From: Yuukianura sp. NJ FZ-2021 | Taxonomy: Eukaryota | Reading direction: 5' to 3' | NCBI GenBank assembly: GCA_046563655.1 | Contig: CM102287.1 | Coordinates: 1,798,001-1,862,000 of the forward strand | DNA length: 64,000 bases | In this document: piece by piece, positions 51,125-61,100 of the stretch | Position numbering within the stretch: position 1 is the first letter of the stretch | How the letters are laid out: the number at the start of each line of letters is the position of its first letter | Program-made: the position numbers and the translations under genes | The notes under the pieces: model-generated | Database searches by the model: none | Told to the model about the DNA's origin: nothing | Seen by the model: the letters and a program-made list of their open reading frames with translations, nothing else

Positions 51125-51510
51125 TTCCAAATCGACTTTTTTGCCACTTTAAACTGTTGACTAACTGCACACATATCAACCTTGAGTCGTTCGTATTTAG
51201 ATATAACGATCAACGAGGACTTAAAACAAAACCACATCAGATGAATTTCAGATTTGTGCAAGCAACGCGCATTTTACACGGGTCAAAGGTCGGAATGAAC
51301 GCGCACCAAGAAAGTGACACAATGACACATACGACATATTTCCGTGCACATTCCTACAAACGTTTCAAGGACATATTACAAAAATAACTACAGCAACTAT
51401 CACTGACTCATTTTTAAAAAACACTCGCTTTCGAAAGAGAGGAAGATTCAAGTTGCACTCGAACGACAAACGTTTGACCTTAACCTTGCATTCTTCATAA
51501 CTTCTTCCTG

Positions 51511-51568
51511 TGACTCACCTAACGAAACTAAAACGTTTTACGTTCTTGGACACACTAATCATGCTACT
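51511..51568 (-). repeat. Right terminal inverted repeat
   Basis: Reverse complement is AGTAGCATGATTAGTGTGTCCAAGAACGTAAAACGTTTTAGTTTCGTTAGGTGAGTCA. Confidence 0.92.
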
Positions 51569-52588
51569 TCCTTTATTTGAAGTGAACGATGTTAGTAAAA
51601 CATACAAAAGTATTTCGTAAAAATTCCAAGCAATAATTGCAAATAATGGTGAATGTTCAATTTTTATTTGGAAAGTGTTATAATCGAATATTCCCTGAAA
51701 TTCCATAGGCAACTGAGTGATCGTGATTCCTAGTATCAAAGTGAGAATTCCTGGTTGGTATCTGGAGTTAGGGCAAGCTCGACATTTCACCGGCACTTCT
51801 CGTTTGTGCTCAAAGATGAACCCTGACAACATGTGGTTCACTGGATGATTTTGTCGTTGATGCAGTACGACAAAGTGGACCGGTATTTGATGCATAAGAT
51901 AAAGATGGTTATCAACGGTAACAAAGGTAAATTCCATGTTTTAGTGTTTCAGGCTTTGTTGTATAGTTCACTTAGTTAAACCTAAATGACTGTTAGATTT
52001 ATGCACTTGTTGCATAGTAAAGTTGTGCTAAAATAAAATTTCGGATTGTTTTTGGACACAAGTTATTAAGATGTCCTTTATTTGAAGTGAACGATGTTAG
52101 TAAAACATACAAAAGTATTTCGTAAAAATTCCAACCAATAATTGCAAATAATGTTGAATGTTCAATTTTTATTTGGAAAGTGTTATAATCGAATATTCCC
52201 TGAAATTCCATAGGCAACTGAGTGATCGTGATTCCTAGTATCAAAGTGAGAACTCCTGGTTGGTATCTGGAGTGAGGGCAAGCTCGACATTTCACCGGCA
52301 CTTCTCGTTTGTGCTCAAAGATGAACCCTGACAACATGTGGTTCACTGGGTGATTTTGTCGTTGATGCAGTACGACAAAGTGGACCGGTATTTGATGCAT
52401 AAGATAAAGATGGTTATCAACGGTAACAAAGGTAAATTCCATGTTTTAGTGTTTCAGGCTTTGTTGTATAGTACACCCATTAGTTAAACCTAAATGGCTA
52501 TTAGATTTATGCACTTGTTGCATAGTAGAGTTGTGCTAAAATAGAATTTCGCACTGTTTTTGGACACAAGTTATTAAGATGTCCTTTA
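51569..52588. repeat. 508-bp satellite, about 2 monomers
   Basis: Resumes in phase after TSD TCCTTT; one monomer has a 3-bp deletion near 51970. Confidence 0.95.
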
Positions 52589-52637
52589 ATTCAATTCAAT
52601 TCTTTAATCTCGGGAAGCGTCCTGCATGCAGGTTGTT

Positions 52638-53221
52638 CCCAACTAGAAACGAAACTTAAATTCATGTTAATTTAACGTTGGAAGTGTGAAAAATCAGTGA
52701 TGTTGTAAATTATAACCGGACTCTGTATTTACAACATAATTTCAACTATTAATTTAGAAGTTAAAATAACGTTGGGGTGATGTGTTTTTATAACAAGTTT
52801 ACAACGCATCATTCTACAACTGTTACCAATTTTGCGAAAATAAGCTAAATTTAACGTCGTTTTAACTTGTGGTGCTGTAGTAGGAGGCGCAACGTTATTT
52901 TCACCTCTTTTTCACATCGCTCCCGCTCTTCTCCGTAACCGGCATGACTGCTAGAAAAGGATAGTGAGACTCCAACAATGTGAGTTTGTGGAAGTGGTGC
53001 AGAGCATAGGAGTGAGAGGAAGAGAAGGGAAGAGAAGGTGGGAGTGCAAAGCTCCACACGGGAGTTATTTTTTTTCACTCTCGCAACAAAAATGCAACGT
53101 TATGTTTTTCCACACTCTCAACATTTTTTTCGCGTGGAAAGCGCGGCCACAAATCACTTTAGCGCAACGTTACGTGGTAACAGAAATAAAACGTTGTTTT
53201 AACTTTCGATTTCTAGTTGGG
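52638..53221. mobile_element. 584-bp MITE with CCC...GGG termini and 2-bp TT duplication (CMC/EnSpm-like), nested in the LINE 3' UTR
   Basis: CCCAACTAGAAACGAAACTTAAA at the left versus reverse-complemented right end CCCAACTAGAAATCGAAAGTTAAA. TT at 52636-52637 and 53222-53223. Confidence 0.75.
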
Positions 53222-53374
53222 TTACGCTTCTTGCAGAAAATTGATACAGAGTTTAACAAATATTAATGTTGAGTTAAGGTAACTTGCTTAGTATTATCGT
53301 TTAAAAGTTAGGATAAAAACAAAGATAAAAATGAATAGTTTGAAAATGAAAATGAAAACAGCAGTGATTCGTCC

Positions 53375-55739
53375 CTAAACATAACCTGCAACAGCATCAA
53401 TGCAAGACAGATTGCAAACATTATCGTCATTAATAGTAAAATCATTAAAATGTGATGTTACATGGGTATTCAGGAAATGGTCAAAAAGCTTAAACCTTTT
53501 AACAGTTTTGAGGTCTAATTCGGGAGGTAATTCACTTGTGATACGGGCAACCGTTTGAATGAGTGACTTTTTATGAAAATTCGGGCAAATTGGGAAGTAA
53601 TGGCGGCGTCGAGTTGACTTCGGTTGAAGTGTGGCATTTTCAATTGAGTCGATCATGCTGTCAAAGAATGAGTTTTTTGATCTAAGAATGGTGAGGTAGC
53701 AACTTAGCGTTTCATATGCTGTCATAGCGTTAAGAGGCAACCAGCCGAGGTTGGTAATTTGTGATGTGATGCTATCCCACTTTGAAAGATTCAAAACAAA
53801 TCTAGCACATCTTCTGTAAAGGTTATTCACTTTCTTTAGTTTGGATTTTTGGGACTGACTGAAGATGACAAGCATGTATTTGAGAATTGGGATTACGTAT
53901 GATGTCACCAAGATTTTCCGGTTGTGCTCGTCAAGGAAATGTTGAAGAGGTAGTAAGTTCCAAAGCGCTGCATTGCCTCTTTTCACAGTTGCGTCGATAT
54001 GTGTGACCCATGTCAAGGACTGGTCAAGGAAAAGGCCTAGCGACTTGATATGTGGTAAGTTTTTGATTGTTGAGTTTCCAACTTTGATCTCGGTTACTCC
54101 AATGCTTTTCAAAATACCCGGTTTCCCAATTATGATGAATTGCGTTTTTTCGGGGTTGATTTTGAGACGGTTGTGTGTCATCCACTCTACAATTGAAGTG
54201 ATGTCATCTTCCAGTTTCTTTAAGAGATAGATTTGGTGGTCCAGAAATGATGAGTGTAGTGTCATCAGCATAGAGAATCGTTATTGAATGTCGTACTGCA
54301 AGTGGCAGATCATTTATCATGATGTTGAACAGGAGAGGTCCAAGAACAGATCCCTGTGGAACAGACAAAATTGTTGGTTTAATTTTTTAAAATTGTAACC
54401 CTAATTTGACTTGTTGGTGACGATGGCCAAGATATGATTCAAACCAGTCTGAATCAATATTGTACCACCGTAGCTTTTGGAGAAGAATGTCTTTGTCGAC
54501 GGTGTCAAACGCCTTCTTGAGATCTAAGGAAGCAATTAGGCTGATGTGGTCTTTGTGCATGTTCTTGTACAATTCCTCAGTTACTCCAATTTGAGCCATG
54601 GTGGTGGAGTGATGTTTCCTAAACCCAAATTGTGCCGAGTATAGAAGTTTATTTTTCTCAAGATGTTTACTGAGTTGTTCGTGAGCAGCTTTTTCTAGAA
54701 TTTTGCTGATGATTGGTTGTGTTGAAATTGGGCGCATGTCAGATGGATGTTCTGGATTCTTGATTTTTGGAATGGGTACAACAATTGAATGCTGAAAAAT
54801 CGGTGGGAATATTTTTGTTGAAAAGCTCAAGTTCACAATTTTTGTCAACTGTTCGTAGATTACTGGGGCGCAGATGCAGTGAGAGAACATCCAGTGTGAA
54901 AAACCCAGAGAGTCAAGTGTTGTTGACTGCTTCTTGGTAATGGACTTCCAAATACGTTTTATATCACTTGTGTAAATGGGCCTTAATATCATCTGGTCAA
55001 CTGTTGTTGATAGTTTAGTAGGTTTAGTGGGCCTAACTGTTGATACTTCAGATGGGGTTGTGATGGAGGTAAAATAGTCACTGACATCATCTGCAGTCAT
55101 TTCCTGTTGAAAGGATGAAACTGAGGCAGGCCGTAATCGTTGTAGTAGTTTGTGGACCCCATGCTTCTGAATTTCCATGTTAAGATGGTTTTTCCTGTCA
55201 AGAAATACGCTTTTTTTGATTTGTTTGTTTAAATCAAATACTTGACACTTGATTTCAGGAACGGACAAAAATGGTAGTAGTGTTTGTCGTTCACTCAGTA
55301 AGATCTTCGTGTGTGGAGACATATAGAATCGTTTTGGGCTTTGAATCACTGAAATTCGTTTCACAGGAATGACTTTGTCAAATGCACATTTAACTTTAGA
55401 TGTAAAGTCCTGAAGGAGGTCACTTACACTTACATTTCCATCAGAAAATTCAGTTTGGACAATGTTTTGACCTAACTGTTCAAAGTCACATAATTTGTAG
55501 TCTTTGGTTAGAAAAGTCAAACGTGGACGTTTGGGTTTGGACAAATTGATGTTGGCGTAGACGAGGCAGTGATCCGAAATTCCAGGGTCAATGACACCAC
55601 TCTCACAGATTATTGAGTTTGAACTCGTGTATAGTAAATCAAGTAAACTGTTTCCTCTGGTTGGTTCAGTAATCAGCTGACTAAAACCAGACTCTATTCC
55701 GACATTCTCAACAACACTTTTTAGCGAGGAGGGTACATA
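53375..55739 (-). pseudogene. LINE ORF2 (partial AP endonuclease plus reverse transcriptase), disrupted
   Basis: Motifs QLITEPTRGNSLLDL...[31 protein letters not shown] and YADD. In-frame stop at 54387-54389 and a frameshift near 54220. Confidence 0.9.
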
Positions 55740-56848
55740 CCTTTATTTGAAGTGAACGATGTTAGTAAAACATACAAAAGTATTTCTTGAAAATTCCAAC
55801 CAATAATTGCAAATAATGGTGAATGTTCAATTTTTATTTGGAAAGTGTTATAATCGAATATTCCCTGAAATTCCATAGGCAACTGAGTGATCGTGATTCC
55901 TAGTATCAAAGTGAGAACTCCTGGTTGGTATCTGGAGTGAGGGCAAGCTCGACATTTCACCGGCACTTCTCGTTTGTGCTCAAAGATGAACCCTGACAAC
56001 ATGTGGTTCACTGGATGATTTTGTCGTTGATGCAGTACGACAAAGTGGACCGGTATTTGATGCATAAGATAAAGATGGTTATCAACGGTAACAAAGGTAA
56101 ATTCCATGTTTTAGTGTTTCAGGCTTTGTTGTATAGTTCACCACTTAGTTAAACCTAAATGACTGTTAGATTTATGCACTTGTTGCATAGTAAAGTTTTT
56201 CTAAAATAAAATTTCGGGTTGTTTTTGGACAATAGTTATTAAGATGTCCTTTATTTGAAGTGAACGATGTTAGTAAAACATACAAAAGTATTTCTTGAAA
56301 ATTCCAACCAATAATTGCAAATAATGGTGAATGTTCAATTTTGATTTGGAAAGTGTTATAATCGAATATTCCCTGAAATTCCATAGGCAACTGAGTGATC
56401 GTGATTACTAGTATCAATGTGAGAACTCCTGGTTGGTATCTGGAGTGAGGGCAAGCTCGACATTTCACCGGCACTTCTCGTTTGTGCTCAAGGATGAACC
56501 CTGACAACATGTGGTTCACTGGATGATTTTGTCGTTGATGCAGTACGACAAAGTGGACCGGTATTTGATGCATAAGATAAAGATGGTTATCAACGGTGAC
56601 AAAGGTAAATTCCATGTTTTAGTGTTTCAGGCTTTGTTGTATAGTTCACCACTTAGTTAAACCTAAATGACTGTTAGATTTATGCACTTGTTGCATAGTA
56701 AAGTTGTGCTAAAATAAAATTTCGGATTGTTTTTGGACACAAGTTATTAAGATGTCCTTTATTTGAAGTGAACGATGTTAGTAAAACATACAAAAGTATT
56801 TCTTGAAAATTCCAACCAATAATTGCAAATAATGGTGAATGTTCAATT
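55740..56848. repeat. 508-bp satellite, about 2.2 monomers
   Basis: Resumes in phase after CCTTTA and ends at GTTCAATT, where the Helentron begins. Confidence 0.95.
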
Positions 56849-58143
56849 AGTCGTCTGGAGACGCATGTCTACGACATGCTGAAGAAGACTATTGATACGA
56901 CTTTGTCTGTCCGTCCGTCCGTCCGTCCGTAACGTTTTTTAGTACCCTTTGCATTGAAACATTACCTCCATTATTGACGGGGTGTCCTGTATCGCTCAAG
57001 TGTTTTCTCTACCTCTACATTGCACTCAAACTGCTTTATTAACAATGCAGAATTGTGCGGCTACTTTACGTACCCGCAGTTTCGTGGCATAGCGAAGACA
57101 TTTTGGTTTCGTTTACGCTCACAATGTATTTAAACAACGAATTTTTGATCTGGTCATTTTCTGGCAAGATGTTTAGTTACGTTGTTAAATTAAGCCTTTT
57201 TAGCGGGTTGAAATTCCGGCTTAAATGTTTAATATGTGAATAGTGCATAGCATGGGTCAAAATTGCATTTTACTATTTTTCATAATTTTCATAATTTCGA
57301 TTTTCACAATCGATATTCGACCCCTCGCTCCAGCGTTTATTACATACATAATGTGGGATACATAAACGTTGAATTGTGCATTTGCATAAACCAATTTTAG
57401 TCTTCTGGAGACGCATTTATAATTTCGATTTTAACAATGATATTCGACTCTATAGCTTATGACTTAATTTAATACATTGTGAATTAACATGAAACGATGA
57501 GTATTTTAAAGAAACTATATTTGACTCTTCCTAATTTTGTGCATTTTGCACACTTATTGCACACGAATGTAAAATTATGCAGTTACTTTGACGCTGGGTA
57601 ATGGACGTTGTTATTTCAAAAATTGAGCATACTTGAGAACAAACGTGCGTCAAAATAATTTTATGAGAGTAAAAACTGTCATAGCTTAGTTTTAACATTT
57701 TGATGCAAACGGTTTTTAAACATCATTTTGAGGCATCGTGATTAACACTGAGTTTACTATTATATTGTCATGGGGATGCACAATGCAGTCATAGGTTGTT
57801 GAGTAAGTTGCTTATTGCTATCAATCATGTATAAGAAATTTTTATCATTTTGAATTACTAATTTTAAACAAACAATATTTGACTACTTAACCTCGACCTT
57901 CAATTTTGTTCGAATACAGTCTACTCTTAAAGATACCTTTTCGTCTTCCTCATTCTTCTTCGACTCTCATTCAAGTGTTTAGTTTATAGTTTAATTCTCT
58001 ATATTCAGTTCTATTTTTGAGTGCATAATTTTAATTTTAGATAAACGTTTATCTATTATCTTCGGGTAAGAATGTTTTTTAATCTTAATGTTGTACTCAA
58101 AGTATGCTCATTTACATTTCACTTCATTATTTCAGATAGAATT

Positions 58144-61100
58144 ATGTCAAATCAACAGCAGCGTGCTAGGGCAAGGAACCGTTTGCAGTTATTTCGGGAG
58201 AATGAATCTAGGCGGCAAGGAGAACAAGATAATAATACTACATCACGTCGCTTAGCTCGCGACAACGGAGATTATCGCGAAGTTGAACAAGTTCGAAACT
58301 CCGATGCTCATCGAAATGCTAGATTGGACGATGACCGCCGTCAGCAAGAACAAGTTCGTAACTCCGATGCTCATCGAAATGCTAGATTGGACGATGACCG
58401 CCGTCAGCAAGAACAAGTTCGTAACTCCGATGCTCATCGAAATGCTAGATTGGACGATGACCGTCGTCGGCAAGAACAAGTTCGTAACTCCGATGCTCAT
58501 CGAAATGCTAGATTGGACGATGACCGCCGTCAGCAAGAACAAGTTCGTAACTCAGATGCTCATCGAAATGCTAGATTGGACGATGACCGTCGTCGGCAAG
58601 AACAAGTTCGTAACTCCGATGCTCATCGAAATGCTAGATTGGACGATGACCGCCGTCGGCAAGAACAAGCTCGTGACTCCGAGGCTCATCGCAACTCTCG
58701 TGCTCAGTTTCAAGATCGAACCTGGGAGTCCGTCGTTGAGTTGTTCGAAGCCAGCTGCAGAGAAGGTCCCTCGACCACTTGTCTCTGCTGCGGTGGTCTG
58801 TGGTTTAAGAAATCAATTAAGCATCTACGACGCTCAGATTGTGCTCAGTGTGATGAAGACTTTCTGGACATTGTGTTTTCTAATGATGACCTGGAAGGAG
58901 ACTTTTGTATCACATGTTATGCGGCGGTGAAATCTGGTCGTAGCTCTCGGTTAGCTTTAACCAATGGTCTCCAGTTCCCATTTGTACCAACTGAAGTATC
59001 GTCGTTGACCCGTTTGGAAGCCCGACTAGTTTCACCCTATCATGTGTTTCAGGCAATTTGGGCTGTCCAAGGACCACAAGGTACATTTGGTCGTTCAAAA
59101 ATGAGCTCAGAATTTGATTAGTTTTGTTTGACAATATTTTTAGGTCAATTGAAGACGAAGGGACGGATTGTGAATGTTCCAGTTTCCGTAACGAATATTG
59201 TTCAAAGTCTGCCCCGCCTCCCTTCAGACGATTCAGTCCTGCATCTCCGGCTTGCCCGTCAGATGCATGTGGAGAAGAACTACACGTCTGGAAATATACG
59301 TCCACAAAAAGTAGTTGACGCTGCTAAAGTTTTATGTCAATCACCTTTGTATTCACAACATGGGGTATCACTTTCTAATTCCTGGATCACCGATTCGCAA
59401 CAAGAATTGACTTCAATCAACTCTAGCTTGGAGAGTCAGCTTCAAAGTTCTCTGACAATTTCAAACGAAACAACACCGGAAGGCGATCGCGAGGAATCTA
59501 CTGCGAACGAAACTATGCTGACCGACAGCGCTGGGCTTCGGATTGCTCCCGCAGAGGGAAATCGACCTATTTCTGTCCTTCTGGATGAGGACGCTGTCTT
59601 CTTGGCATTTCCTCAGTTGTTTGGCGGAAAAAAACTGAATCCCATCTTCGATGGGAAGAAAATATCGCGAGCTGATATGTTCAAGTCCTTTGCTAGAAAC
59701 AAGGACCGCCGTGCCGCAGAGTCGGTCGATTTCTTGCTGTACATGGCAAAGGCTCTGGAAATTTCGCGTATAGCTAGCAACAGAAACATTCACCTCAGGA
59801 AGAGAAGATTGAATGGAGAGCTTATTGTTCCCACCGCAGGTCAAGTGCTCCATCAAAGCTACGTTGACGGTCTGATCAGGGACGATAATGCTTATAAGGT
59901 TCTCGCTGGTATCCGAAACGCAGGCACTCACTGGAAGAACGAGGGGAATAAAGTTCGTGCCATGATTCGAACCTTTGGAATTGCTACGTTGTTTGTAACC
60001 ATTAGTGCTGCAGAGTTGAGGCGGAACGAGCTCCTGGTGTTGTTGAAAAAAATTCTGGATGGCGTCGAAATTTCTGAAGAGGAGGCTCAGCAGTTACCCA
60101 ACTCTGAGAAGGCTATTTTAATCCAGAGAGATCCGATCACCTGTGCCCGATATTTTGACAACCGTTACTCTGCGCTGAAGGCAACTTACCGCTCCCGGAA
60201 TGGACCTTTTGGTAATCATGAAATACGACACTTCTACGAAAGAGTAGAATTCCAGCACCGTGGAAGTCCACACGTCCATGCCATGTTCTGGCTCTCCGAC
60301 GCACCAACCTTCAACTCGGAGAAGGCTTCTCATGATGACGTGACGACTTTTATTGACAGTATGATAACTTGCAGTACGAACTATTCTTCAGAAGATCATA
60401 TCCAAGCTCTACTGCCACTACAGACACATCGGCACACTCATACATGCTACAAAAGGACGCACAAAGGAGTGAAATGTCGCTTTGGAATTCCTTTCTTTCC
60501 AATGGACAAAACTCGGATCCTTCTACCTCTGGAAGACACAGCACAACTCAAGGATCTCAAGTTATTACACAAAACTATTCGAGATTTTTTGGAAAATCAA
60601 GTTCTAGACACCGGAATGTCATTCGAAGAATTCCTAGATGCCATAAATTGCGATCTACCTCTTTATTTACGCGTAATACAATCTAAACTAAAGAAGCCTC
60701 ATGTGTTTTTGAAACGTAAACCGAGCGAAGTTTATATCAACGCATACAACGAGAAGATTTTGCGGCTGCAACAGTCCAACATGGATATTCAATTTATCCT
60801 TGATCCATACGCCTGTTGTAGTTATATTGTTGACTACATAAACAAGAGCAATCGAGGTCTTTCGGAACTGTTGAGGAATGTTGTGGACGAAGTGCGGAAA
60901 GGAAACACCGCTAAAAGACAGCCTGCAAGCAATTGGGGCAGCTCACAACCTAAACAGCGAATTATCCGCACAAGAAGCCGCCTACAATGTTCTACAGATG
61001 CCAATGAGCTACTCTTCGGAGAAGTGTGTCTTTGTTCAGACTGGTCCTGCCAGCCATCGTACAAGAATGTTGAAGTCTCAGGCGGATCTATCCCAATTGG

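Larger units (their letters stand above)
38966..51568. mobile_element. 12.6-kb non-autonomous TIR element with Maverick/Polinton-type termini, carrying spliced cargo genes and nested TEs
   Basis: Ends AGTAGCATGATTAGT... / ...ACTAATCATGCTACT. The 58-bp TIRs match at 53/58. The 6-bp TSD TCCTTT (38960-38965, 51569-51574) restores the satellite monomer exactly. AG(T) termini with a 6-bp TSD are known Maverick/Polinton hallmarks, but no pPolB, integrase, ATPase or capsid ORF is visible, so the superfamily call is an inference. Confidence 0.85.
52589..55739 (-). mobile_element. 5'-truncated CR1/L2-group non-LTR retrotransposon
   Basis: CCTTTA is duplicated (52583-52588, 55740-55745). 3' tail (GAATT)3 on the minus strand. 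ORF2 carries the AP-endonuclease C-terminus and RT. Confidence 0.9.

Noticed and set aside
38966..51568. Autonomous Maverick/Polinton
   Set aside because: No pPolB, integrase, packaging ATPase, protease or capsid ORF is visible, and the TIRs are short.
1779..56615. Annotating the roughly 75 monomer ORFs as individual genes
   Set aside because: There is no recognisable domain, nonsense alleles have spread through the array, and there is little room for promoters. Kept only as a finding to test.
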